NCBI GenBank assembly: GCA_030704615.1
Contig: CM060732.1
Coordinates: 29,574,001-29,638,000 of the forward strand
DNA length: 64,000 nucleotides
Direction: 5' to 3'
Source of the DNA: Takakia lepidozioides
Lineage: Eukaryota; Plantae; Bryophyta
Position numbers and translations under genes: made by a program
The notes under the pieces: generated by a model
Told to the model about the DNA's origin: nothing
Seen by the model: the letters and a program-made list of their open reading frames with translations, nothing else
Database searches by the model: none
Part shown: in pieces, positions 41,700-54,087 of the stretch
Numbering within the stretch: position 1 is the stretch's first letter
Layout of the letters: each line of letters begins with the position of its first letter

Positions 41700-42102
41700 T
41701 CCAATTGGGCTGGTAAATATCTATGCACCCAATACCTCTGCAGAAAGAGCAGAGTTCTTGACTCTTCTCAATACCAAAATGCGAGAACAACCCTCCATTG
41801 ATAGCTGGATAATATCTAGCGACTTTCATTAACATGGTGGAAATGCAAGAAGATAGGAGAGGTACAGGGTCATTTACCTCCAACCCTGAGGAAATGGACC
41901 AATGGTTTAACTGTACTCAAACCCATAACCTGGCAGAGGCGGCACCAATCTTTGGCCAGACCTCTGACATCTCATTTAATACTTGGTCCAATAATAGATC
42001 GCTTACAAATCTCAGCATGGCTCGCCTTGACAGGGCTTATCTTTCCCTCAATCTGGTTCAATATGCCAATAGAGCTCCGCAAGATCCTACCCCCTTGAGC
42101 TT
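41700..42102 (+). mobile_element. L1-like LINE ORF2 endonuclease, left part (interrupted by the gypsy element)
   Basis: IGLVNIYAPN and ARLDRAYL motifs. The frame PLSF continues as DHATI at 56916 once the insertion and one TSD copy are removed (endonuclease SDH-type motif). Confidence 0.8.
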
Positions 42103-42480
42103 TGTCATGGTTTTAGTCATGGTTATCTAGAATTACCTATTTCTAGTTAACTAGGACATTTTAGATATTTATATTTATATTTTGTGTGTTGGGACTTCAT
42201 TTGGTCTCACATGCCAAGTGAGGTGTCGAGCCTCACTTGGGACATGGGGATAGGTTTTCCCCTTGTGAGGATGGAGGAGGCTCATCTTCTTGTAGTTGAG
42301 CCTCCATGAGCCTTTCTCACCTCCATAGCTCTAGATATTGAGAGGGAGTGTGGTGAGGGCTTTGTAGGGTGGATTCCCTTAGCAAGGGTGCCCTTGGCTT
42401 GACTTAGTTTACGTGATTGAGTGGATTCATGAGTGGAGGGTTTCCATTATGTTCTCTTCCATTTTCAATACAAGAAGATG
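42103..42480 (+). repeat. Terminal repeat A1
   Basis: About 9 mismatches counted by eye against A2 (56460-56824). Also matches the solo unit. Confidence 0.92.
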
Positions 42481-43469
42481 ACCTTATGCTTGTGAGTGCG
42501 GAGTGTAAGGGTTAGTTTAGCACTTGTGTGTTGAAGAGAGCTTAAGAAGAGAGCTCTTGTATCAGTGGTTTTGCAAAGTAGAGTGCTTGTATGTGCACTT
42601 AGGGTTTCAAAAGCTTGGAAAGAGAGCTTTTGCATCACAAGAGGAGCGCCTTGTACATGGAAAGCATAGATGATAGGGTTTCATGAGCATGCAAAGCATT
42701 ATGGAGTGAAGGCGTGCATGTGATGACATGTGGATAGCCACCAAGAGGCGATGGAGTGCTTGCTCTTGCTCTAGTCAAGCTAGGTTCAAGGTTTCTATGG
42801 TGTGGAAGAAGAGCCAATGAGCGGCGCTAGCTTGGGCTTGAAGCACAATGAAGTAAAAGGGCTGATTTCCCTTGTGAGAAGGAAGTGCATGTGTGGAGCA
42901 TGCTTTCAACCCATTTGAGGCTTGTATTTTCATGTTTTGGAGTGCAAGACAAGAAGTAAGGGGCTGATTTCTCTTATACAAGAGCGGCGCATGTATGGAG
43001 CATGCTCTCTAGTTGGGGTTTGTAACTTCAAGCTCTAGGAGAGCTAAGAGAGTGAAGGGAAAAGCGGATTCTCTTGTGTGTGAAGATACGCATGTAAGGA
43101 GCATGCTTTTGGCTTGAGCTTTGCAATTCCAAGCTTGAGAGGAGTGGCTCTTGAGGTAGCAAGTGAAATGAGCTTGAATGACCAAGGCTTGAGAGGAGAT
43201 AAGACTTGGTGGCTTGCTAAAGGAGATAAAAAGCTTGATTCTTGAGCTCCAAAGAGAAGTGAAGCTTGTTGTGTGGCAAATGCATTGCTAGATGAGATGG
43301 AATCAAGCTTGGTTGTGGCTTGAGGTGAAGAAGATCAAAGTAGTTTGCCCTGATATCTCATAGAAGTCATGGATGCTTGAGGATAGCAAGCATGAAGTTC
43401 AAGGAAGCCCAAACCCTAGCTTGGAATGCACAAACCCTAGCATGAGATGCACATGAAACCCTAGGTGCA

Positions 43470-44150
43470 TAGGAACAGTCACCAAAGTGTGGGAACGGTC
43501 ACCGTAGTCTGGGAACGGTCACCAAGGTGTGGGAACGGTCACTATAGGCTGGGAACATAGTGACGTATAAAGACAATATAGGGCTTTTGGAGGATTTTCA
43601 AGGGTCTTTTGGAGGATTGTTTGGGGGATCTTTGGGGTCCTTTGGGGAGCTTTTGGAAGACACTCTGAGGAGCTTTTGTAAGGTACTTTGAAGAGCTCTT
43701 GAAGAGGTATTTGGATGACTATTTGGAGGCCTATTTGCGGTCTTTGAAGGCCAAGTTTTGGCAAGTTTTTGGAGCCTTGGAAGGCTATGTGGAGGACCAT
43801 TTGGGGTCTTTGAAGGTCAAGTTTTGGCTAGTTTTTGGAGCCTTTGGAAGGCTATGTGGAGGACCATTTGGGGTCTTTGAAGGCCAATATTTGGCAAGTT
43901 TTTGGAACCTTTGGAAGGCTGTTTGGAGGGCTGTTTGGGGTCCTTGGAGGCCGATATTTGGCGAGCTTGATGAGTCTTTGGCGACTTGTTGAAGGACTAT
44001 TTGGGGTCCTTGAGGGCCAAGATTTGGCAGGCTCTTGGGGCCTTGGTGTACTGTTTGGAGTACCATTGTCCAAGCTTTGGAAGTCTTAGTGAGATTATTT
44101 GAGAGACATCTTGAGGGCTCTTAGAGAGTTATTTGAGAGATCCTTGAAAG
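43470..44150 (+). repeat. Tandem repeats in the element leader: roughly 20-bp GGGAACGGTCACC units, then roughly 60-bp GGGTCTTTGAAGG...GGAAGGCT units
   Basis: Directly visible. Confidence 0.8.
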
Positions 44151-44779
44151 GTCTTGTCTATTGCTTAAGCAAGAGAGTGTGGAGATAGGGTAGTGGGATG
44201 AGAGCATGTTGTGATAGGAATTGCTTTAGTCTCTTTTCCTTGTAGTCTTCCACCCTCTCTGTAGGCCAAAACCTTTCTGTAGGTGGAGGCAAGAGTCAGT
44301 CTTGGTTTGGGCTGGGGTGTCTTGCAAGAGCGACACTGTGGAGTGTTTTTGGTGTGGGGGATTTATTGTTTTGATTTTCTTGTGCTTCACACCTGCATGC
44401 TTGACTGTGCGTCATGTTAGTTTTTGTGTGGGCGCTTGTTTTCATAGGAGGTTGGTCCGGATTTGATCACTGGTCAATCCTAGAGCGTGCTGTCGGTGGT
44501 GAGGCTGGGGTGATGACCAGTCAGACCATCATTGTTCTCTTATGGTGAGGCTGGGTTGATGACCAGCAGACCATAAGAGTGCTTGCGGTGGATGCAGGTA
44601 CAGGTGCAGGTTTATGATATGAACATAGTAGTCTAAGCCATAAGCTGCAACAGGTTCTCTACCCGGTTACCTTGTGGAAAGGGGGATTAGAGACAGGTTT
44701 ACAACAGGTGTGGTTGTGAGTTTTCATCACGGAGGTGCCACCAGTGCCGGTACAAGCACCAGCGATACTAGTGGGTATA

Positions 44780-46520
44780 CAAGACGAGGTGTGCGGTTTA
44801 GGTATGGGATCCTGGACAAGGAGCTGAGGAGAAGGGTGCGGGATGCAACTCTCCTACAAGTGGACCAACCCACCCTAGCAAATGTGTTTTTGCTGGCAGA
44901 GCGGATAGAGCTCAATATGGTGGAGGAGCGAGTGGTCATGGTGGGGTTTGGCAAGGAGACACAACGAAGTGGGGCTCCTAATCAACAACAACCACTATCC
45001 CAACGTGTTCAAGGCAACAAGGAGGCTCAGGTGAAGCCGAGGGAAGGACAGAGAGGATCTCAGATGCAGAGGTCTCTTCCTTAATTCTCAGGCCAACAAC
45101 AGTCAGGTGTGACTTGTTGGGATTGTGGAGGACCCCATGTCAAGAAGGATTGCCCGGAGAGAGGCAAAGGGATGGCACATGCACAGCCTACACAACTACA
45201 GTGTGGGCATTCTGGAAAGTATGGGCATGAGGAGGCCCATTGTTATGGCTTGTATCCTGAGCTACGGCCAGGCCAGTTCCAAGGGAACAATGGTGGCCAA
45301 GGACGAGGCAATATAGTCCCGAGAGGTAGAGGAGGCAGAGGTCGGGGTGGAGGTCGTAACCAAAACCAAGGAGCACAGGGTCAGGGTCAAGGTCATGACC
45401 AAGGCATGGTGGATATACTTGCCCAGCTAGAGCAACGTCTTGCTGCCATGGCTACTATTCATATTGCGCCAGCTCCAAGGCTTGAGGTTCAAGCCCCACC
45501 TGCACAACCTCCTATGCCTAGGGAAGACCAGATTGGTATGGGCTTCATGTATGGAGCCGCACTTGCAGGGCCATTGCATGTATTGGACTCTGCTGCTGCT
45601 GTCACTCGAGTAGCAATGCGTGCTCCTGAACCAAGAGGAGCGGATGTGGATTTTAATCCACAAAGGGGGGAAGCGAGTCGTCAGACAAGGCTTCCACAGT
45701 CCTTTACATTGGCTGAGACAGTGTCACCTACGCCATCAATGGCACCCGCTCGCCCAAGTGTGTCAGAGGTAGAGCCACGAATACCATTGGGGAGAGTTGA
45801 TGTGGCTCGGGAAATACCAATGGGTGGTGCTGTAAAACAAGGTGCAGCCAGTACATTGTTGGGGGCGGCTACGGCGGTTTGCCAAGCTCCATTGTTTTCT
45901 GCAATGACAATTGCAATGCCGGGGATTCGGCCAGCTGTTGTGTTCAGACTAGCAGCTAGACTCTGTGAGAGTGGTGATGCATCGACACTATCTACGGGGA
46001 TAGCGGATAATGTGCAGTGCATGGGTGCCCTGGACTCAAGGGTGAAGACAGCCACAGCTGCACCATGGCAAGCGGTAGCTGCAAGGTTGCAGGAGCCATT
46101 GAGCGTAGTATGGTGATTCCTGGGGTAGTCATGGTGGACAATCAGGATGGCGTGTTTCAGTTAGGTGGCCCAGCCGGGAAGAGGTATAGGCCACTACGGG
46201 TCTTGTTGGACTCGGGAGCACAGCCATTGATATTGGGGAGAGCAGCAATTGCAGGCTTGGGCCTCACAGAGGCAGATTTGGAGCATTGCCCTTTCCAAAT
46301 CCAAACATCTTTGGGTGGTTCAGAGAAGGCACGAGAGATTACACGCCATGAGCTATTCATTCGATTAGCCGGATCATCCTATGGACGGCTCAGTCATGAG
46401 AGCTAAAGCCATTGTTACGGACGCGATGTCCTATGATGTGCTTGTTGGTGGGGCTGTGTTGTACCCCATGGGCTTTACTTTGGACTTTTGGGAGGAAACT
46501 GCATCCTACAGGCCGGAATG
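44780..46520 (+). pseudogene. gag (C-terminal part, zinc knuckles) and aspartic protease of the DNMT element
   Basis: Knuckles CWDCGGPHVKKDC and degenerate CGHSGKYGHEEAHC, a Gly/Arg-rich tail, and protease VLLDSGAQP...YDVLVG. Confidence 0.85.
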
Positions 46521-46920
46521 GCAGTCAGGGGATGGTCGACGTACACTGCTCCCAGTGCGGTTTATTGGGAATGTAGCGGTGGATCATAGGAACATGATGC
46601 CCACATTGGCTGCATTCTCAGGGGTGGTGGCTTGGGGTGGTGAACTCTTGGAGGGAAATAGCCATGCAGATGATAGGCCACCATCTGATGAGGACAATCA
46701 ATTGGCATACAAGGCTGAGTTGCTTCCTCATGTTCCTATGCATAGTTCACTGTGGAATACAGTTGGGGATTTGGAGCGAGTGGCAAGCCAGTGTGTCCAG
46801 CAAGCATGGCAGGAGGTCTTTCCATCGGTAGATGAGGGGAGTTCAGTTACATCACCTGGACCTCCTCAATTAGCTCCATTGGACACAATGCCTATTTTCT
46901 GGCAACAACCTGACTCAGGC

Positions 46921-47870
46921 ATTTGTTTGCTAGACCTGTTTGGAGGCATGAGCATTGGGCTTGCAGGAGTGTTGCAAGCATGAATCAAAGTACGCAAGTA
47001 CTTGTATGTGGAGAAGGATGAGATTGCTCGGCGTGTTTCCATGCGCCATGTTGCCTTGCTCACACATCAGTATCCTGAGTTGTTGCCTCTCTCAGCAATT
47101 CAAAGGTATCAAAAGGCCTTGCCAGCAGACATTACCTTGCTGGGGGCGGATGATTTGGACCGGCATGGTGCCATTGACTTGGTGATAGCTGGATGGCCTT
47201 GCCAAGGATACTCTCCCGCAGGTCATGGGAATGGCTTGCATGATGCACGATCGCATTTGTTTTGGGAGATGTTGCGAGTGTTGCGTGACTTGCAGGTGAG
47301 GCAAGTGCAACCTCCAGCTTACATCCTGGAGAATGTTCCTCTCATGGGGGATTCTCGGGCCAGGGTTATGACCAGTGTGCATCAGATCCGGTTATGGATT
47401 GGACCAGCTGTATTGTTGGATGTAGCTGCAGTGGGTTCACGGGCACATAGGCCTAGGTTGTGGTGGACCAATCTTGCACCACCAGAGTTGCTCAAGAGAG
47501 CCTATGATTCCATTCAACGGCCACCCAACCTCACGGTTGAGGGCATTTTGGACCAAGGGAGAGAACCATAGAGAGTGCGACATGATGATCGTCCACCTTT
47601 GGCGATGGTCAATCGAGTGGGGTAGCCACGTGCAGCCTTGCCTACCCTACGCTCATGAACTTTCCCTCGTCTCATACTTTTCGAGACAATAGTCCTGGGT
47701 GGATTTGGGACAGTGTGCTACAAGAATTGGTGGAGCCCAATGTGGATGAGCGAGAGCGGGCAATGGGATTTGCCACGGGCACTATAGCTGTGCCAGCTCT
47801 ATCAGAGGCATCACGACGCCAGGTGTTGGGTCAGGCAATGGATCTCAATTGCTTGACATGGGTCATTGGC
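46921..47870 (+). pseudogene. C5 cytosine DNA methyltransferase domain (DNMT3-like) embedded in pol
   Basis: Motif I LLDLFGGMS; II YVEKD; IV DLVIAGWPCQGYS (catalytic PC); VI YILENV; VIII AHRPRLWWTN; IX ERERAMGF; X RRQVLGQAM. Stops at 46981, 47569 and about 47623 and a frameshift at about 47650. Confidence 0.92.
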
Positions 47871-48359
47871 TTGTGTATGGCTGAGCAATGGAGATTGCAA
47901 GCATTGGTGGCTACTTCCGCTCTCCCATTGGATATTGCACCCTCTCTGCCAACCGGGACGGTGGAGGCAGTGAGTGGGGGCGAGCACAGGATCATGGGGT
48001 GCAAACACCCATGACAGATGTGGGATGAGATGCGCAAAGAGAGAGTCATTGGATCTCTCAAGCAGTAGTATGAGGAGTGGGGAGAGCCATACACAGAGGA
48101 TCAGTTGAAAGACAAGGTGGCTAAGGTTTTTGAAGAGGTTGAGAATGTTTCTTGTTCAGAGGATGTTCTCAAGGTAGCTATGGCGGAGCAAGTGGAGGCT
48201 ACGCCACAGTCAGAGTGGGCAGACAAGGCCCAAGAGGTTGCTATCTAGCAACCAAAGGATTCGTCTCCTACCTCCAAGCCTGATGTACCCAAGGTTGCAG
48301 TCACTGAGGACAATTGGGAACCAGATGTTGGACCTACAGTCACCGGAGAAGAGAGACGG

Positions 48360-48691
48360 AGGATCCAGCGATTTCCAAGGGCTTATAGAAATTGCTTTGC
48401 CTTCGGTTTGAAAGATTTGGGGAGTTTGAAGGGTCAGGAGATTCGTATTGATTTGGCAAGTGACACGCTAATCTTTCGAAGGCCCTACCGGTATAGTGAC
48501 ATGGAGAGGTCATTGATCCAATCACGGACTATGGAGTTGTTCGAAGCTGGATTGGTGGAGTTGTCAGGCGGGGAGTATACCTCGGCAACGGTGATGCCAA
48601 CTAAGAAGGATATCTATGGCAATTGGACAGAAAGAAGGATGTGTGGGGACTATCGTCCTGTGAACCGTCAGACTAAGTCCATAGATATGCC
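48360..48691 (+). pseudogene. Reverse transcriptase N-terminal part
   Basis: IFRRPYRYS...SATVMPTKKD...RRMCGDYRPVNRQTKS; interrupted by the MULE-like insertion. Confidence 0.9.
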
Positions 48692-49089
48692 CTGGGGGGG
48701 TGCACTCCTCATTAAATGCACCAGCCACGTGCGTGCACAGGAGGGGGTATTTTAAACCCCCCCATGTACAACATTATACATACAGATGGGGGTTTAAAAC
48801 ACCTTAAATATAATTTTACAGGAGGGGGTTGTTGTATTTTAAGGGGTAGTGTAGTGGTAAGAGTGACGTTTTGGCCGCGATGCACCGCGGGATCAAATCG
48901 CGGGATCATCTCTTTGTTTGTTTTTGTTTTTTTTTTTTTTCTCTCCGCGATCTTTCTCCCCTTCCCTCCCGCCGCTTTCTCTTTTCCCTCTCCTCCTCTC
49001 ATCTCCTCTCCACTCCTCTCCCGCGTTCGCCTTCCCTTCCGCGGGGTTTCTCTTTTCCCTCCTCTCCTCTCCCCTCCTCTCCACAGGCC

Positions 49090-51860
49090 ATGGTATTCTT
49101 CCTAATGTTTACAAGGTTTAGGGGAGAGTTTAGGGAAGCGATCCTTTTGGGTTGATGGGAGGGCAAATCCTCCATGGGTCATGACACAAGGTCAAGGACA
49201 ATGTGGTGATGGCACCTTCTTCTTCGATCTATTTCAGCCTGTCTTGCCCTCTCAACAGAGTCGGCCCTGAATTTCCAGCACTGAGCAGACATGGCATGAG
49301 TTTTTAGAAGATTGACAATGGTGGGACAACTGCAATTGCAAGGTGTGGCGTTTTCTTAAGGTACAATGTGAAGATTTTTTTCCATCCTGCTATTGCGGGC
49401 TCTTGCCTCCTGTTAGTACCTGATTTGGCATTCTTCCAGATGTTTACAAGGTTCTTGGGAGAGTCAGCTTGTTCTAAGCAAGCCGTGCTCAGCTGCACCG
49501 TGGTGGTTCTCACTGACCAATCCGTCGTTACCTGGCTACAGACAAGTATGCACACACAAGAGATCCTCTTTTGATCTCAGTCCAAACTAGGAAGTGGTCA
49601 GAGGTACCAATATCAGTTCTGTCGATCAACACATTGGCACACTGGGGGAACAAATTTTTGTCCATTATGATATAGTCCACAATGGAACGTTTAGGGTTTG
49701 GGATTTCTCACGAGTCCACTGCACTTGGTCACCTACAGTTGAAGTCCTTGCCCTTGGTTGTCTTCCTAGAGCGCCCCATTGAATCACCAATGTGTAAGAC
49801 CGCTCTCCAGCCAGTCAAGGGATGAACTTCTTTGAGATTGAATTGATGTGGGACTCTATTAGAAGCACTTTTGGTCATTGCAACCTTCAACATACACTTG
49901 TTATCAATGAGAGAACCCCGGACAGTGTATCAGAAAATGAATACTGTCTTCATATTGCAGTAGCGGCACAATTGATAAAATCAGGCACTGCTGATGAAGG
50001 CACCTTCTGCAACACATTTCACCTTGTTTTCCCCTCCTATCAGAATCGGCCCTAAATTTTCATGTTGAATTATGCAAGTTAGCTGGTTGAGTGAATCTAG
50101 GATAGTTTGGAATGACTTTGACATGATACTGCCAATGTGACAACAGGAAAGTATCCAGAAACAGGTAACAAAGACGATGAGAAGTTGTGGAATGAATATT
50201 TTTCTGACCCCAGACAATGGTGGGACAACCGAGGCAAAAATGTGAATGCCTATCAGATTACCAGATGTCATTTTGAACACTGCCCCTGCCTTGGTGGACA
50301 TGTAGCCAAATGTGGGTGCATCGAGGATAAGGGACCAGTGTTCAACTCTATGGCTGATCGAGATGTGGTGTTGTGGAGTGCGATGCTTGCAGGATATGCA
50401 CAGCAGGGGTGCGGGATGGAGGCTCCAACCTTTGAGCAAATGATGGGGGAAGGGGTGAAGGCCGCCGACATAACGTTTGTGTAAGTTTGCAGTGCGTATG
50501 GCAGCCCTGGAAAAAAGCAAAGAGATCCCTGGTGACTTCATCAAATCTGCAATTGTACCAAAATTTGTCATCCTGAATATTGCTCTGGTGGCCATGTATT
50601 GTACCAGATCTGATTATTAACAATACCCTTGTGGACATGTATGCCATTGTGGGAGCATTGAGGATGCGGAGGGAGTGTTCAACACTATGGCTGAACAAGG
50701 TGGTGTCGTGGAAGACGATTCATCCAAGAGGTCGATTTTAAACACAAGATTACTTCTGATTCCCTGTGGATCAATAGCTACAAGAAAGCTGCGTGGGTAG
50801 ATGGTCAACTAGAAACAGCAGCGGCAGCAGTGCATTTGATAGAACAAGGCGCTGCTAATGAAGGTACCTTCTTCAACACATTTCAGCCCGTTTTTCCCTG
50901 TTCTCAGAGTTTTTCCCTATTTTTTCCTGAATGAGCATGGATAGAGTGTGGGTCCAGATTCATCCAAGAGGGTTGGACTTCAAGCTCCAGATTACCTTGA
51001 TTCCATGTGGGGGTCAGTAGCTATAAGAAACCTGCATGGGTAGATTGTCAACTAAAGGCAGTAGCTGCAGCGGCACAGTTGATAAAATCAGGCACCTCAA
51101 CCATGACCACAACTTCTGAAAGAGGATCAAGAGAGGGAGTCCACAATGCCTCTTCTGGCACTTCTGGGCATGTGAAGATACTTTAAGCGACAGCCTGACA
51201 GAGGCTCTACAGACTCTAAACCAAGGAGGCATTTCAGCAGATTCAAATATGTGTCTGTCTCTTGCTTAAGTGCATCAAGATGGACGGTCTCGAAGCTGGA
51301 AAGCAGGTGCACACTCACATTATCCAAAGTGGATTCACGCCAAATGTTTTTCTACTCAACACCCTTGTCAACCTGTATGTTAAGTGCCAGAACATCAGGG
51401 ATGCTCACCAAGTGTTCAACAGAATGCCTCAATGATACTTGATCACGTGGAATATTATGTTGAAATGATTTACCAAGCATAGGTGTGGTAGGAATGTTTT
51501 GGAGACATATGAGCAAATGATGTGCGAAGCGGTGAAGCCCAACCACATCACATTTGTTTGTGTTTGCAATGCGTGTGAAAGCCTGGGTGCAAGCTGGAAT
51601 TGTACCAAATGTCATCTTGAACTCTGCCCTTGTGGACATGTTTGCCAAATGTGGGTGCGTTAAGGATGTGAGGGGAGTTTTCAACACTCTGGCTGAACGA
51701 GATGTGGTGTCGTGGAACGTGATGCTTGCAGGGTATGCACAACAGGGGCACGGGATAGAGGCTTTGGAGACCTATGAGCAAATGGGGGAAGGGGTGAAGC
51801 CTAACCACATCACCAGGCATTTCACCAGATTCAGATATGTATGTCTGTCTCTTGCTTAAG
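49090..51860 (+). pseudogene. Cargo: shuffled OSB/PDF-motif and PPR fragments
   Basis: DEKLWNEYFSDPRQWWDNRGK (OSB PDF-motif start) is in frame with PPR DVVLWSAMLAGYAQQG (50137-50484). Further PPR pieces at 50620-50710 and 51290-51815. Confidence 0.8.
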
Positions 51861-51884
51861 TGCATTAAGATGGAAGGTCTGGAA

Positions 51885-52390
51885 CAGTGTTGGACTGGTA
51901 TATAGGTGAAGGACTGGTACATAATACTGGTATATGCACTGGTATTAGATACCAGACCAGTCTGGTATCATTTGGGAGAATACTTGGTCAGATACCAGAC
52001 TAGGCTGGTATCAGTTCTTTCATACCAGCCACAATACCCGTACTCCCCCATCGTCTTCCTCATTTACTCTGGTATGTATACTGAATTAATTTATGTGTAC
52101 ATATGCCTATATATTCGTACTTATGTATATTTACTTCTTATGTATATTTTATTTGTTTTCACTTGATACTTGCCACTTGACAAATTTGTAACTCAAGATG
52201 GCTTTGGAATGATACCAGAGTTGATATCTCATACCAGCTGGTATTGTGGTCATGATACTCATATTCATACCAGTATCTGGAAAAAAATACATCCACCATT
52301 ATAGAGACTAGACTGGTATGAAAGTTTTGTGATACGCCTGGTACCAAGACCAGTCTGGTATGTAAAAAACTTGATACCAGTCCAACACTG
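51885..52390. mobile_element. hAT-family MITE, 506 bp
   Basis: Perfect 17-bp TIR CAGTGTTGGACTGGTAT; 8-bp TSD GTCTGGAA (51877-51884, 52391-52398); many CTGGTA/TACCAG subterminal repeats. Confidence 0.93.
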
Positions 52391-52399
52391 GTCTGGAAG

Positions 52400-53387
52400 T
52401 TGGAAAACAGGTGCATACTCACATCATCCAAAGTGGATTCACGTCGAATGTTTTTCTTCTCAACACCCTTGTCAACATGTATGTTATGTGCGGGAGCATC
52501 ATTGATGCTCACCAAGTGTTCAACATAATGCCTCAACGATCTTTGATCACGTGGAATATAATGTTAGCAGGATGCAATGCGTGTGCAAGCCTGGGAGCTC
52601 TGGAAAAGGGGAAAGAGGTCCATGGTGACATTGTCAAAGCTGGAATTGTACCAGATGTCATTCTGAACACTCCATTGGTGGACATGTATGCCAAATGTGG
52701 GTGCATTAAGGATGCGAAGGGAGTTTTCATGGCTGAACGAGATGTGGTGTCGTGGAGTGCGATGCTTGCAGGGTATGCACAGCAGGGATGTGGTATGGAG
52801 GCTTTGGAGACCTATGATCAAATGATGGGGGAAGGGGTGAAGCCCGACCACATCACGTTTGTGTACATTTGCAATGCGTGTGTAAGTCTGTCAGCTTTGG
52901 AAAAGGGCAAAGAGGTCCATGGCGACATTGTTAGATCTGCAATTGTATCAAATGTCATTTTGAACATTACCCTCGTGGACATGTATGAAGGGAGTGTTCG
53001 ACGGTATGGCTGAACGAGATGTGCTATTGTGGAGTGCTATGATTGCAGGATATGCACAACAAGGGCGCGGGATGGAGGCTTTGGAGACCTATGAGCAAAT
53101 GATGTGCGAAGGGGTGAAGCCCGCACTTTGCATTGCATGATGTTGAGGAAGAGCTTAAAGAATCGTCTCTTTGCCACCACAATGAGAAGCTGGCCATTGT
53201 TTTTGGGCTTATCAACACACCCTCTGGGATGTCTTTAGGGACCATCAAGAATCTTCGGATGTGTGGTGATTGCCACACAGCCACCAAATTCATCTCAAAG
53301 ATAGCTAAGCAAGAGATTGTTGTACGTGATGCAAACCGCTTTCACCACTTCCAAAATGGTGTTTGTTCTTGTGGGGAGTATTGGTGA
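52400..53387 (+). pseudogene. PLS-class PPR-DYW RNA-editing-factor fragment (cargo)
   Basis: PPR repeats at 52411-53125, then the DYW C-terminal half LHDVEEE...LCHHNEKLA...[10 protein letters not shown]...[20 protein letters not shown]. Frameshifted; E domains and PG box missing. Confidence 0.92.
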
Positions 53388-54087
53388 AATGAAATGCTTG
53401 TCATCTAATTGAATGTATTGAACTCTATCAACTGCGAGTCAGGTTGGACTCCAACAGTGGCAGCAAAGGCGCACGAAATCTCTTTTTGGAGAGGAATTCT
53501 CAACAGTAGGTTTTGAACATAATTGGACCTTGCGAAGGTTGAAACTGTAGAACAAGTTCAGAAACTGTCCTAGTTGATGAACAGAGGTGCAGTGACTAGG
53601 TCTTGGTCTTCAAGAGGGTCACTCTCTGATGAAATACCCAGGACTGCATATCAGAAAATAGAAACTTTCTTCAGGCCTCTTGCACATAGGTCATTGACAA
53701 TGTCCCTTTCCTCTCGGCATCTGATTATTGTTCAAAGTGAGATTCCACAACAAGTTTTATCGAGGGCAAACAAATTTTTTAATGAATTTATTAGATTTTA
53801 TTCTATTTTTAAATGAATAAACTTGATATAATATTAAAACATACATATACATATTTGAGGGTATTTTTTAATTATTGAAAAGGGAAATATACATACATAA
53901 GGGGGTATTTTTTAAAAATTACAAATTTCTATACATTTACAGGAGGGGGTTTTATAATCTTCAAAATGTATGTACAGAGGGGGTATAAATGATCCAAAGA
54001 CCCGTATACAGGGGGTTTTTTTTATTAGGCGGCGAACGCACGTGATACGGACATTTTATAAAGAGTGCACCCCCCAAAAGATATGCC

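Larger units (their letters stand above)
48692..54078. mobile_element. Non-autonomous Mutator-like element with host-gene cargo (Pack-MULE-like), 5387 bp
   Basis: 9-bp TSD AGATATGCC (48683-48691, 54079-54087). Imperfect TIR GGGGGGTGCACTC...CACGTGCGT at both ends, with ACAGGAGGGGGT-like subterminal motifs. No transposase seen. Confidence 0.88.

Noticed and set aside
43470-44150. CRISPR-like array, or ORFs 43519-44089 as genes
   Set aside because: These are degenerate head-to-tail repeats without unique spacers; the ORFs are by-products of the repeats.
46921-47870. Bacterial restriction-modification methyltransferase or contamination
   Set aside because: The domain is embedded between retroviral-type protease and RT inside a TSD-bounded element among plant genes, and there is no endonuclease partner.
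53133-53387. U-to-C (DYW:KP-type) editing domain
   Set aside because: The visible part looks like a conventional DYW C-terminus, and the diagnostic N-terminal region is deleted.
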